Below are positions 1 to 10,041 of a stretch of DNA of 39,691 bases, piece after piece. Position numbers and translations under genes: made by a program. Location: positions 1 through 39,691 of IMG/VR virus record IMGVR_UViG_3300030095_004873; one strand, written 5' to 3'. Each line of letters opens with the position of its first letter. The stretch's first letter is position 1. The DNA is from a virus (taxonomy: Duplodnaviria > Caudoviricetes). The notes under the pieces were generated by a model, which saw only the letters and a list, made by a program, of their open reading frames with translations, did not search any database and had not been told where the DNA came from.

Positions 1-1758
1 TATATATATTGGGAGGCATCTAAATTAGATAAAAGAAGTTTCGGAATGTGTTATTTAAAAATAAGGCGTTCAGGATTTTCTTTTATGAGTTCTTGTGAAG
101 GAGTTAATACTGCTACTATATCTAAAGATTCCAGAATCGGTATATTATCTAAAACAGGATCAGATGCAAAAAAAATGTTTACTGATAAAGTTGTTCCAAT
201 CTCTAATAATTATCCTTTCTTTTTTAAACCCATTCAAGATGGTATGGATAAACCAAAAACCGAATTAGCCTATCGTGTACCAGCTTCTAAGATAACTAAG
301 AAAAACATGTATGATATGGGTGAAGAAGAGTTAGAAGGTTTAGACACTACAATTGACTGGAAAAATACTTCTGACAATAGTTATGATGGAGAAAAACTAC
401 AATTACTATTACATGATGAAAGTGGTAAATGGGAAAAACCTGAAAATATTTTAAACAATTGGAGGGTTACTAAAACTTGTTTAAGATTAGGAAGTAAAAT
501 TATTGGTAAATGCATGATGGGTTCTACCTCTAATGCATTAGACAAAGGAGGTAATAATTTTAAACAATTATTTTATGATTCCGATCCTTCTAAAAGAAAT
601 GCTAATGGACAAACCAAGAGTGGTTTATATAATTTATTTGTTCCTATGGAATGGAACATGGAAGGCTTCATAGATAAATATGGTATGCCAGTTTTAAGAA
701 ATCCCAGCACATATGTGGATGGAATAGATGGAGAAAATATTTATCAAGGAGCAATTGATTATTGGGAAAATGAAGTAGAGTCATTAGCTATTGATCCTGA
801 TGCTTTAAATGAATTTTATAGGCAATTTCCTCGTACTGAATCCCATGCATTTAGAGATGAAAGTAAACAATCATTATTTAATTTAACAAAACTATATCAA
901 CAAATTGATTATAACGATTCTTTAATTATTAAACATCATATGGTTCAAGGAAGTTTTCATTGGAAGGATGGTATAAAAGATAGTAAAGTAATATGGACTC
1001 CAAATTCAAGAGGTAGATTTTTTGTATCTTATGTACCTAAACCTGAACAACAAAATAATGTTATTACAAAGAATGGTAAAAAAATTCCTGGTAATGAACA
1101 TTTAGGTTCGTTTGGTTGTGACTCATATGATATTTCAGGAGTTACTGTGGGTAGTGGTTCTAATGGAGCATTACATGGTTTGACTAAATTTAATATGGAT
1201 GAGTGGCCAAGTAATCATTTTTTTTTAGAATATATAGCAAGACCACAAACTGCAGAAATATTTTTTGAAGAAGTATTAATGGCATGTGTTTTTTATGGTA
1301 TGCCAATATTGGTTGAAAATAATAAACCTCGTTTATTATATCATTTTAAAAACAGAGGATATAGAGGTTTTAGCTTAAATAGACCAGATAAAACATTTAA
1401 TAAATTATCTAAAACAGAAAGAGAATTAGGAGGTATACCCAACACATCTGAAGATGTTAAACAAGCTCATGCATCTGCAATTGAATCTTATATAGAAAAA
1501 TACATTGGCTTAGATATGGAGGGTACATTTAGAGAAAAAGATGATATGGGTATGATGTATTTTCAAAGAACATTAGAAGATTGGGCTAAGTTTGATATAA
1601 GCAATAGAACCAAGTTTGATGCAGCAATAAGCACTGGTTTGGCCATTATGGCAAATCAAAAACACTTATATACCCCGACAAAAGAAAAGTCAAAAATTAG
1701 CATTAACTTTGCAAGGTATAACAACAAAAGTTCAGTAAGTCAATTACTTAATAGATGA
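1..1758 (+). CDS. terL: Terminase large subunit (5'-truncated by window edge)
   Basis: Frame is open from base 1 (YIYWEASKLDKRSFGMCY...), so the true start is upstream. Terminase-type Walker A KIRRSGFS, Walker B LLLHDESGKW, motif III GSTS and nuclease-domain GCDSYD; directly precedes the portal. Confidence 0.9.
   Translation, partial: YIYWEASKLDKRSFGMCYLKIRRSGFSFMSSCEGVNTATISKDSRIGILSKTGSDAKKMFTDKVVPISNNYPFFFKPIQDGMDKPKTELAYRVPASKITKKNMYDMGEEELEGLDTTIDWKNTSDNSYDGEKLQLLLHDESGKWEKPENILNNWRVTKTCLRLGSKIIGKCMMGSTSNALDKGGNNFKQLFYDSDPSKRNANGQTKSGLYNLFVPMEWNMEGFIDKYGMPVLRNPSTYVDGIDGENIYQGAIDYWENEVESLAIDPDALNEFYRQFPRTESHAFRDESKQSLFNLTKLYQQIDYNDSLIIKHHMVQGSFHWKDGIKDSKVIWTPNSRGRFFVSYVPKPEQQNNVITKNGKKIPGNEHLGSFGCDSYDISGVTVGSGSNGALHGLTKFNMDEWPSNHFFLEYIARPQTAEIFFEEVLMACVFYGMPILVENNKPRLLYHFKNRGYRGFSLNRPDKTFNKLSKTERELGGIPNTSEDVKQAHASAIESYIEKYIGLDMEGTFREKDDMGMMYFQRTLEDWAKFDISNRTKFDAAISTGLAIMANQKHLYTPTKEKSKISINFARYNNKSSVSQLLNR
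1704..1711 (+). promoter_or_regulatory. Bacteroidota-type -7 promoter box (TAACTTTG) upstream of portal
   Basis: TAACTTTGCA matches TAnnTTTG, about 44 nt before the portal ATG and inside the terL 3' end. Confidence 0.5.
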
Positions 1759-4190
1759 AGAAGGTAAATATAGATATTAAGGCTGCTGCATTTCCAGATC
1801 AATTTGTTTCTGATTCCGAAAAAGCTACAGTAGAGTATGGGCTACAGGTGGGACAAGCAATTCAATACGAATGGTTTCGTAGAGATAGCAACACTTGTAG
1901 ATTTTATAGCCAATGGGCAGAGTTTAATAAATTAAGACTCTATGCTCGTGGTGAACAGTCTATTGCTAAATATAAAAACGAATTAGCTATAGATGGAGAT
2001 TTATCTTATCTAAACTTAGATTGGACACCAGTTCCAATTATTCCTAAATTTATTGATATTGTTGTTAATGGAATGCAAGACAGAATGTTTAAAGTAAAAA
2101 CATATGCTCAAGACGCAATGTCTGCAGAAAAAAGAAGTAAATTTCAAGATATGGTTGAAGAAGATATGTTGGCTAAACCAATATTATCTCAAATGACTCA
2201 AGACTTTGGTATTGATGTATTTAATGTGCCTGAAGAAGAATTGCCTGAATCAGGAGAAGAACTTGAGTTGTTCATGAACTTAAAGTATAAACCAGCAATA
2301 GAAATAGCTTGTGAAGAAGCAGTCAACACTTTGTTGGCAGAAAATCATTATGATGATGTTCGTAAAAGAATTGATTATGATATGGCTACTTTAGGAGTAG
2401 GTATGGCTAAACATGAGTTTCTACCTGGTCAAGGAGTAAAAGTAGATTATGTTGATCCAGTAAATGTTGTATACAGTTACACTGAAGATCCTTATTTTAA
2501 AGATTGTTTTTATTGGGGTGAAATTAAAACAGTTCCAATAACTGAGCTTATTAAAATTGATCCTACACTTACTAATGAAGATTTAGAAGAAATATCTAAA
2601 TATAGTCAGTCATGGTATAATTACTATCAAACTGCACAAATGTATGAAAACAGTATGTTTTATAGAGATACTGCAACACTCATGTATTTTAATTATAAAA
2701 GCACTAATTCATTTGTTTACAAAAAGAAAAGAATGGAAGATGGTACTTTTAAAACTGTAGAAAAAACTGATGAGTTTAATCCACCTGAAGAAATGATGAA
2801 AGAAGGTAATTTTGAAAGAGTGGAAAAAAAGATTGATGTATGGTATGAAGGGGTAATGGTTATGGGTACAAACATTGTTCTGCAGTGGCACATGATGGAA
2901 AATATGGTGAGACCAAAATCTTCTAATCAGTTTGCAATGCCTAATTATGTAGCTTGTGCTCCAAGAATGTATAAAGGAACACATGAATCTTTAGTTAGAA
3001 GAATGATTCCTTTTGCTGATTTAATTCAAATGACTCATTTAAAAATTCAACAAGTAGTATCAAGAGTTGTACCAGATGGTGTATTTATTGATGCCGATGG
3101 ATTAAATGAAGTAGATTTAGGTACAGGTCAAGCATATAACCCTGAAGATGCATTACGATTGTATTTTCAAACTGGTAGTGTTGTGGGTAGAAGTTACACT
3201 GGTGATGGTGAATTTAATAATGCACGAGTTCCTATTCAACAGTTAAATTCTAACACAGGAGCTGGTAAGTTACAAATGTTAATTGGTAATTATAATCATT
3301 ATTTAGACATGATTAGAACAGTAACAGGTTTAAATGAAGCAAGAGATGGCTCAAGTCCAGATCCTAATTCATTAGTTGGTGTTCAAAAGTTAGCAGCATT
3401 AAATTCAAATGTAGCAACAAGACATATTTTAGATGCAAGTTTATTTATTGCGAGAAGAATGGCTGAATGTTTAACAATTAGAACTGCAGATATTCTTAAA
3501 TATGCAGACTTCAAAGATGAATTTGCAATGCAAATAGGTAAATATAATCTTGCAATATTAGAAGATATTAAAGATTTATACATTTATGATTTTGGAGTTT
3601 TTATAGAACTTGCTCCTGATGAAGAACAAAAAGCAATGCTTGAACAAAATATTCAAATGGCATTGTCTAAAGAAAATATAAGCTTGGAAGACGCAATTGA
3701 TATTAGGGAAATACATAATATTAAAATGGCTAATCAGTTGTTAAAAGTTAAGAGAAAGAAAAAACAAGAAGCTGAACAAGCTCAACAAATGCAGGCTCAA
3801 CAAATGCAGGCCCAACAAGCTATGCAACAACAACAAGCTGCAGCAGAGATTGCAATGCAAAAACAAAAAATGGAAACTGAAGGTAAAATAGCAATTGAAC
3901 AAGCTAAGATTGGTTATGAGATACAAAAGCTGACTGCAGAGAAAGAACTTAAATTAGCATTAATGGCGGAAGAGTTTCAATATAATATGCAACTAAAAGG
4001 AATGGAACAAAAAGCTATTGATGTTAGAGAAGATGCTAAGGAAGAAGGAAAATCTCAACGAATTAGTCAACAATCTACACAGACATCTAAAATGATAGAA
4101 CAGAAAAAAAGAGATTTACCACCAGTAAATTTTGAATCAAACGAAGATAGTTTAGATGGTTTTGACTTGGCAGAGTTCGATCCAAGATAG
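1755..4190 (+). CDS. Portal protein
   Basis: 811 aa, ATGA-coupled to terL. Portal-like IIPKFIDIVVNG segment and long Q/E-rich C-terminal coiled coil. Canonical terL-portal-scaffold-MCP order. Confidence 0.85.
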   Translation: MKKVNIDIKAAAFPDQFVSDSEKATVEYGLQVGQAIQYEWFRRDSNTCRFYSQWAEFNKLRLYARGEQSIAKYKNELAIDGDLSYLNLDWTPVPIIPKFIDIVVNGMQDRMFKVKTYAQDAMSAEKRSKFQDMVEEDMLAKPILSQMTQDFGIDVFNVPEEELPESGEELELFMNLKYKPAIEIACEEAVNTLLAENHYDDVRKRIDYDMATLGVGMAKHEFLPGQGVKVDYVDPVNVVYSYTEDPYFKDCFYWGEIKTVPITELIKIDPTLTNEDLEEISKYSQSWYNYYQTAQMYENSMFYRDTATLMYFNYKSTNSFVYKKKRMEDGTFKTVEKTDEFNPPEEMMKEGNFERVEKKIDVWYEGVMVMGTNIVLQWHMMENMVRPKSSNQFAMPNYVACAPRMYKGTHESLVRRMIPFADLIQMTHLKIQQVVSRVVPDGVFIDADGLNEVDLGTGQAYNPEDALRLYFQTGSVVGRSYTGDGEFNNARVPIQQLNSNTGAGKLQMLIGNYNHYLDMIRTVTGLNEARDGSSPDPNSLVGVQKLAALNSNVATRHILDASLFIARRMAECLTIRTADILKYADFKDEFAMQIGKYNLAILEDIKDLYIYDFGVFIELAPDEEQKAMLEQNIQMALSKENISLEDAIDIREIHNIKMANQLLKVKRKKKQEAEQAQQMQAQQMQAQQAMQQQQAAAEIAMQKQKMETEGKIAIEQAKIGYEIQKLTAEKELKLALMAEEFQYNMQLKGMEQKAIDVREDAKEEGKSQRISQQSTQTSKMIEQKKRDLPPVNFESNEDSLDGFDLAEFDPR
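3780..3818 (+). repeat. 15-bp in-frame tandem repeat (AQQMQ x2 plus partial copy) in portal coiled coil
   Basis: gctcaacaaatgcag at 3780-3794 and 3795-3809, then gcccaacaa. Confidence 0.8.
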
Positions 4191-4216
4191 GCTAAATAAA
4201 GACTAAAATAATTGTA

Positions 4217-4224
4217 TAACTTTG
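4217..4224 (+). promoter_or_regulatory. Bacteroidota-type -7 promoter box (TAACTTTG) upstream of scaffold/MCP
   Basis: Intergenic TAnnTTTG, 22 nt before ATG 4247. Confidence 0.65.
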
Positions 4225-4246
4225 TAGAAATTAAATTTAATATAAT

Positions 4247-5374
4247 ATGGAATTAAAAGTAAGAGCTGTAGAAGGCAACGAAAACAAATCAAAAGCTGAA
4301 ATAGAAGAACAACTTCTAAACAAGCATGAAGAAGAATTAAAACAAGAAGAGCCACAAGCAGTTGAAGAAACTGAAAAAGTGGTAGAGGAACAACCTCAAA
4401 CAGAGGATGAAAGTAAAACTCCCTCATCAGAGTTAAATGATGAAGACGTTCTTTCTTTTTTGAAGAATAGATATGACAAAGAAATAAATTCAGTTGATGA
4501 ACTTTTTACAGAAAAAGAAGTAAATGAACCATTACCTGAAGATGTTTCTGCGTATTTAAAGTACAAGCAAGAAACTGGTCGTGGTATCGATGATTTCTAT
4601 AAATTACAAAGAAATTATGATACTATGGAAGATGAGGCTGTACTTGCTGACTATATTGCAACAAACGAAGAAGGTTTAGATGCAATAGATATTCAAGATA
4701 TCATGGAGGATAAATTTGGCTTTGATGAAGAGTTAGATGAACCGAAAGATATTAAGAAGAAAAAGTTAGCTAAAAAACGAGAACTCGCAAAGGCGAAGAA
4801 GTTTTTTAATGAACAAAAAGATAAGTATAAAATTCCTCTTGAGTCAAGTGGGGGTGGATTATCAGAAGATCAAGAAAAACAACTTAATGCTTATAAAGAG
4901 GCTCTTGAGAAATCGAAGACTGTTGAAGAGGCAAATGCAAAAAAGAGAAACTATTTTACAGAAGAAACTAAAAAAGTTTTTTCCAACGATTTCAAAGGTT
5001 TTGATTTCGCTGTTGGTGAAGATAGTTTTACTTATAAGCCAGGAACTACAGAGGAATTGTTTAATGTCCAAAACGACTTTAACAACTTTGTAAAAAAGTT
5101 TGTAGATGATAGTGGAATGATATCAGATGTAAAATCTTATCATAAAGCTTTATCAGTTGCAAGTAATCCTGACAAATTTGCCAAACACTTTTATGACTTA
5201 GGTATGTCACAGGCTGTAGAAAATGTTTCTAAAAAATCTAAAAACATTAATATGGATGTGAGAAAAACCCCAAGTTATGTAACAAAGGATGGATTAAAAA
5301 TTCGTGCTATGCAAAACAAAAGTGACAACGATAGTGGTAGAGGACTCAAAATTAGAAGTATTAAAAAAATGTAA
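4247..5374 (+). CDS. Putative capsid scaffolding protein
   Basis: 375 aa, very acidic N-terminus, helical/coiled-coil character, basic C-terminal tip; lies between portal and MCP. Confidence 0.7.
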   Translation: MELKVRAVEGNENKSKAEIEEQLLNKHEEELKQEEPQAVEETEKVVEEQPQTEDESKTPSSELNDEDVLSFLKNRYDKEINSVDELFTEKEVNEPLPEDVSAYLKYKQETGRGIDDFYKLQRNYDTMEDEAVLADYIATNEEGLDAIDIQDIMEDKFGFDEELDEPKDIKKKKLAKKRELAKAKKFFNEQKDKYKIPLESSGGGLSEDQEKQLNAYKEALEKSKTVEEANAKKRNYFTEETKKVFSNDFKGFDFAVGEDSFTYKPGTTEELFNVQNDFNNFVKKFVDDSGMISDVKSYHKALSVASNPDKFAKHFYDLGMSQAVENVSKKSKNINMDVRKTPSYVTKDGLKIRAMQNKSDNDSGRGLKIRSIKKM

Positions 5375-5395
5375 AACAATTTAAAAATTAAAATT

Positions 5396-6862
5396 ATGGC
5401 AGTAAATGTAGCCCCTGGTTTTGATTTGCAACCAAGTAGTCAGCAAGTACCGCTTTCTACAAATTATATTACAGACTTCAATTTCTTGAATCAGTATTTA
5501 CCTGATACATTTGAAAAAGAGTTTGAAAGATATGGCAATCGATCTATAGCATCCTTCCTAAGAATGGTAGGAGCTGAAATGCCTTCTAACTCTGACCTTA
5601 TTAAATGGGCAGAGCAAGGAAGATTACACGTTAAATATCAATCTTGTACTTCAGGTGCAGCAGCAGCAGCACTTACTGGAGTATGGACAGTACCTAACAA
5701 CATCTCTAACTTTAACCCTGCATTAGCTGGAACACCAAATTCTGCAGCACTTAGAGTTGGACAAACTGTAATGATTTCTGATAGAACTGCAGGTTCAAAC
5801 CTCAGTAATAAAGGAATTGTAACTGTTGGACCAGGTTCTGGTGGTAACGCAGTAAACCAAGTAACTATCGCTTACTATGAGGCTGGAGGCCAAGCAGTAG
5901 CGGCGGGAGTAGCTTGTGATATTTTCGTATATGGTTCTGAATTTAACAAAGGAACTAATGGAATGGTAGGTTCTCTTGAAGCTGATGACTTCATCTTTGA
6001 CAACAAGCCAATTATTATCAAGGACAAATACAATGTATCTGGTTCTGATATGGCTCAAATCGGATGGATTGAAGTTACTTCAGAAAATGGAGCATCTGGA
6101 TATTTATGGTATCTAAAGTCTGAACACGAAACAAGACTAAGATTCGAAGATTACTTAGAAACTGCAATGATTGAAGCAGTTCCTGCAGAAGCAGGTTCTG
6201 GTGCTGGTGACTTCTTACAAGGAGTTGGAGCTGGTGCGTCTGCGGCAAACCTTAATGGTTCTGATGGTATCTTCTTCGTAGTAGGAGCAAGAGGTAATGT
6301 ATATGGTGGAGGTAATCCAGCAACATTAGCTGACTTTGACTCTATTATTTCAAGATTAGACAAGCAAGGTTCTATTGAAGAAAATGTAATTTTCTTAAAC
6401 AGAAACTTCTCATTTGACATAGATGATATGTTAGCTGCTCAGAACTCTTATGGAGCTGGTGGTACATCATATGGTTTATTTGACAATGATGAAGAAATGG
6501 CTCTTAATCTTGGATTCACTGGATTCAGGAGAGGCTATGACTTCTACAAGTCAGACTGGAAATATCTAAACGATCCTACAATGAGAGGTGGTATCGTAGG
6601 TGGAAAAGTAAATGGACTATTAGTCCCTGCTGGTTCTACTACAGTATACGATCAAATCTTAGGTAAAAACGCTAAGAGACCATTCTTACATGTAAGATAT
6701 AGAGCTTCCGAAACTGAAGACAGAAGATATAAAACTTGGATCACTGGTTCTGCTGGTGGAGCAAGAACTTCTGACTTAGATGCGATGGAAGTAAACTTCT
6801 TGAGTGAGAGAGCTGTATGTACTTTAGGTGCAAACAACTTCTTCTTATTCCAAGATGCTTAA
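5396..6862 (+). CDS. Major capsid protein
   Basis: 488 aa with strongly biased, high-expression-like codons (TTC, AAC, GAC, GCT), followed by a strong terminator. N-terminal YLPDTFEKEFERYGNR...WAEQGRLH resembles MCPs of crAss-related flavobacterial phages. Confidence 0.85.
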   Translation: MAVNVAPGFDLQPSSQQVPLSTNYITDFNFLNQYLPDTFEKEFERYGNRSIASFLRMVGAEMPSNSDLIKWAEQGRLHVKYQSCTSGAAAAALTGVWTVPNNISNFNPALAGTPNSAALRVGQTVMISDRTAGSNLSNKGIVTVGPGSGGNAVNQVTIAYYEAGGQAVAAGVACDIFVYGSEFNKGTNGMVGSLEADDFIFDNKPIIIKDKYNVSGSDMAQIGWIEVTSENGASGYLWYLKSEHETRLRFEDYLETAMIEAVPAEAGSGAGDFLQGVGAGASAANLNGSDGIFFVVGARGNVYGGGNPATLADFDSIISRLDKQGSIEENVIFLNRNFSFDIDDMLAAQNSYGAGGTSYGLFDNDEEMALNLGFTGFRRGYDFYKSDWKYLNDPTMRGGIVGGKVNGLLVPAGSTTVYDQILGKNAKRPFLHVRYRASETEDRRYKTWITGSAGGARTSDLDAMEVNFLSERAVCTLGANNFFLFQDA

Positions 6863-6878
6863 TATTTAATCAATAATT

Positions 6879-6908
6879 AGGGGAGGATGTCTCCTCCCCT
6901 TTTTATTT
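6879..6908 (+). terminator. Intrinsic terminator after MCP
   Basis: AGGGGAGGA-tgtc-TCCTCCCCT perfect 9-bp stem followed by TTTTATTT. Confidence 0.9.
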
Positions 6909-6933
6909 TATAATTTAATTAAAATTTAATATA

Positions 6934-7695
6934 ATGAATAAGACAAAAAAACAACCTATTGTAGATAAATTCTACAAACTTAAAAGAGATTCAGCACCTT
7001 TAACTTATATGCTGGCATCTCGAAACTCACCAAGATATCCTTTATTATGGTTTGATGATGAACAAAATGTCAATAGACCATTGAGATATGCTAAAAATCA
7101 AAAATCACCTTTTGAAGATGAACAAGATGGAAATGCAATCTTAGAACCTATAATGTTCGAAGATGGTATTCTTTTTGTATCAAAAACCAACCAAGTATTG
7201 CAACAATTTTTATATTATCATCCACAAAGAAACTTTGTGTTTGAAGAAATAAACAAGGAGCAAGATGCTGCGGAAGAATTAGAAATAGTAGAATTAGGTT
7301 TAGAGGCTCAAATAATGGCAAAGCAATTAGAGTTTGAAAAACTAATTTCTGTATGCAGAGTTCTTCTCGGAAGTGGTGTAGATAAGAAAACTTCAACTGA
7401 ATTGAAAAGAGATATATTGTTATATGCTAAAAACAATCCTATAGATTTCTTAGACACACTTAATGATCCGATGTTAGATTTACAAGATGATGTGTATAAA
7501 TTTTTTGACAATGGATTTTTAACATTTAGAAACCAATCTAAAGATGTGTATTTTGATTTACCTAAAAACAAAAAGAAACTATTAACAGTTCCTTTTGGTG
7601 AAGATCCATATTTTATAGTAGCATCACATTTTCAAAGTGATGATGGCGTGGAGATATATAAACTGTTACAAAGAAGGCTTAAAAAAAGTAAATAA
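6934..7695 (+). CDS. Conserved phage protein downstream of MCP (morphogenesis cluster, function unknown)
   Basis: 253-aa ORF with A-rich start context and normal codon usage; position equals the conserved post-MCP gene of crAss-like phages. Confidence 0.75.
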   Translation: MNKTKKQPIVDKFYKLKRDSAPLTYMLASRNSPRYPLLWFDDEQNVNRPLRYAKNQKSPFEDEQDGNAILEPIMFEDGILFVSKTNQVLQQFLYYHPQRNFVFEEINKEQDAAEELEIVELGLEAQIMAKQLEFEKLISVCRVLLGSGVDKKTSTELKRDILLYAKNNPIDFLDTLNDPMLDLQDDVYKFFDNGFLTFRNQSKDVYFDLPKNKKKLLTVPFGEDPYFIVASHFQSDDGVEIYKLLQRRLKKSK

Positions 7696-7702
7696 GCTTT
7701 CG

Positions 7703-7710
7703 TATCTTTG
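7703..7710 (+). promoter_or_regulatory. Bacteroidota-type -7 promoter box (TATCTTTG)
   Basis: Intergenic TAnnTTTG, 33 nt before ATG 7744. Confidence 0.65.
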
Positions 7711-7743
7711 TGGTATTGTTTAACCCATAAAATTTATATTAAC

Positions 7744-8025
7744 ATGGCAAAATTTTTATCAATCCCTGTAACTGATGAGCAAAAACAATTAGTTAGTGCT
7801 GATGGCATTATTCTTTTAGAACAAGCGTCTACAACTACTGTTGTTATAACTTATGCATCTGCTAAAGTTGTAACTGTAACTCATGCTGCGTTGGGTGCAA
7901 ACATTGAATCAATGAGAGATTATCTTCAAGATTCTATCGTATTTGCTCAACAACAACCATGGCATCAAGTTAAGTATGAATGTGATGCATTACCTAAAGC
8001 GGTAAGTGGTATCGGAGTAGCTTAA
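7744..8025 (+). CDS. Small beta-rich virion protein (possible capsid decoration protein)
   Basis: 93 aa from ATG 7744 (MAKFLSIPV...). The TTG start at 7708 falls in the promoter box. The gene has its own promoter box and terminator. Confidence 0.65.
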   Translation: MAKFLSIPVTDEQKQLVSADGIILLEQASTTTVVITYASAKVVTVTHAALGANIESMRDYLQDSIVFAQQQPWHQVKYECDALPKAVSGIGVA

Positions 8026-8049
8026 TTTAAAGCTCAGAATTATTTAGTG

Positions 8050-8083
8050 AAAGGGGGTAAAAAATTTACCCTCTTTTTTTTTT
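8050..8083 (+). terminator. Intrinsic terminator
   Basis: AAAGGGGGTAAA-aaa-TTTACCCTCTTT stem (one G-U pair) running into a T10 tract. Confidence 0.85.
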
Positions 8084-8085
8084 AC

Positions 8086-8093
8086 TATCTTTG
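8086..8093 (+). promoter_or_regulatory. Bacteroidota-type -7 promoter box (TATCTTTG) for tail operon
   Basis: TAnnTTTG right after the terminator and 17 nt before ATG 8111. Confidence 0.65.
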
Positions 8094-8110
8094 TAAAAAC
8101 TCAATTTACA

Positions 8111-9124
8111 ATGATAAATGAAGTACGAAATACTGTATTAGCCATAGCTAACAAAAACAACTATGGTTATATATCTCCCCAAGATTTTAATCTTTATTGT
8201 GAACAAGCACAATTAGATATATTTGAAGATTATTTTTATCAATACAATAATTGGATTAATAAAGAAAATGCAAGAATTTCAGGAACTGGATATGCTAATA
8301 TAGTTAAAGGTTTAGAAGAAGTAGTAGATAGTTTTTCAGCAGAGGTGTTTTTAGATCAAACAGCAGCAAACTTAAACAATGCTAATTTATATAATTTACC
8401 TCAAGACTATTATTTAATTAATAAAGTATTTTATTACCCAACAGCAATATTTAGTGGTACTACAACTGGAGCTCAGGGTTATAAGTTAATTGATGCTACT
8501 GGTGGGTTTGTGCCTTCACCGGCAAATCCTACATTTTTACAGAATCCACCTATTGGAAGCATTATAGTTAACACTTCTTCTAACCCAATCTCACAAGCAT
8601 ATGTAACTGCAGTAGATAGTACCACAACATTAAGTCTTAGTGCTGACATTACTAATGCAGTAGGGCAAAACTATGTGGCTTATACTAATACTAATATTAC
8701 AGAAGTAGAAAGAGTTAATCAACAAAAAATATATATGTTGACAAGCTCAAACTTAACTGCACCAACTACACAGTTTCCCGCTTATGTTTTAGGTGGAGCA
8801 ACATCTAATGTACAAGCAGGACCTAATTCTGCAATAGGAAACACTATTACAGTTTATCCAAGTACCATTAGACAAAAAGGTGCTATGCAGGTACAATATA
8901 TAAGATATCCTGTAACACCTAATTGGACATATGTAACACTTGCAGGAGGTGAGCCTTTATTTAATGATACTGCTGCAGATTATCAAGATTTTGAATTGCC
9001 TATATCAGATCAACCAGGTTTGATTGCAAAAATATGTCAATATATTGGTATTGAAATTAGAGAGGCAGATGTCTATGAGTTTGGACAACAAGAGATAGTA
9101 CAAGATAACCAAATACAAACATAA
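8111..9124 (+). CDS. Tail ring / head-tail adaptor protein
   Basis: 337 aa. N-terminal NKNNYGYISPQDFN...AQ and C-terminal YIRYP..P...DFELP pattern of crAss-like ring (P22 gp4-like) proteins, with a central beta-rich insertion. Confidence 0.65.
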   Translation: MINEVRNTVLAIANKNNYGYISPQDFNLYCEQAQLDIFEDYFYQYNNWINKENARISGTGYANIVKGLEEVVDSFSAEVFLDQTAANLNNANLYNLPQDYYLINKVFYYPTAIFSGTTTGAQGYKLIDATGGFVPSPANPTFLQNPPIGSIIVNTSSNPISQAYVTAVDSTTTLSLSADITNAVGQNYVAYTNTNITEVERVNQQKIYMLTSSNLTAPTTQFPAYVLGGATSNVQAGPNSAIGNTITVYPSTIRQKGAMQVQYIRYPVTPNWTYVTLAGGEPLFNDTAADYQDFELPISDQPGLIAKICQYIGIEIREADVYEFGQQEIVQDNQIQT

Positions 9125-9126
9125 AG

Positions 9127-10041
9127 ATGGCATATATAACACAATTTACATATTACGAAAATAATGGTAACACACCTACAGATGCTAACCTGGGTTCTTA
9201 TCAATATGTCTCATTACAAGATATAGTAAATAACTTTATGTTAATATATCAAGGCAATCATGAGTTGGTAAATAACTTAGAAAGATATCAAGTTTTGTTT
9301 CATGCGAAAAGAGGTATACAAGAGTTGAACTATGATGCTATGAAAGAAATTAAAGTTCTTCAATTAACTTTAGACCATAACTTCAGTTTTACTTTGCCTT
9401 CTGATTATGTAAATTGGGTAAGAATATCACAATATAAAGATGGAGTTTTATTTCCATTAACAGAAAATATACAAACAAATTTTAGTACAGCTTATCTTCA
9501 AGACAATCAATCTAATATATTGTTTGATGAGGATGGTAATGCATTGAGCCCACAAGATTCTGAGTTAGATTTAAGTAGAGCTACAAGGTCTATTTATTTA
9601 AACAATAAAAGTCCTTTTGATGGAGAAGAAGGTTACTGCATAGATGGATGTTGGTACTTTGATTATAGAGTAGGAGCAAGATTTGGATTAAATACTGAGA
9701 CAGCAAACATAAACCCTACATTTAAAATAGATAAACAAGCGGGTAAAATTTATTTTAGTTCGGCTGCGGGAACAGATTCTATAGTATTAGAATATGTTTC
9801 TGATGGAATGGAAAATGGTAATGATTCTCAAGTTAGTGTAAACAAATTATTTGAAGAATATCTGTATGCTTACATAAGATATGCTATTTTGAATGGTCGA
9901 TTTGGAGTGCAAGAGTACATTGTTAATAGAGCAAGAAAAGATAAATCTTCTTTATTAAGAAATGCAAAACTAAGATTAAGTAATATACATCCTGGTAGAC
10001 TCTTAATGAATTTAAGAGGCCAGAATAAATGGATTAAATAA
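9127..10041 (+). CDS. Second tail ring / tubular protein
   Basis: 304 aa with LPSDYVNWVRIS and VLEYVSDG motifs of crAss-like ring proteins; TAATG-coupled to the next gene. Confidence 0.65.
   Translation: MAYITQFTYYENNGNTPTDANLGSYQYVSLQDIVNNFMLIYQGNHELVNNLERYQVLFHAKRGIQELNYDAMKEIKVLQLTLDHNFSFTLPSDYVNWVRISQYKDGVLFPLTENIQTNFSTAYLQDNQSNILFDEDGNALSPQDSELDLSRATRSIYLNNKSPFDGEEGYCIDGCWYFDYRVGARFGLNTETANINPTFKIDKQAGKIYFSSAAGTDSIVLEYVSDGMENGNDSQVSVNKLFEEYLYAYIRYAILNGRFGVQEYIVNRARKDKSSLLRNAKLRLSNIHPGRLLMNLRGQNKWIK

Noticed and set aside
4809-5093. 94-aa +1-frame basic ORF inside the scaffold gene
   Set aside because: Its K/L-rich composition is what the +1 reading of an E/K-rich helical gene gives. 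No recognisable motif or clear codon anomaly, unlike 22565-22732. Not fully excluded.
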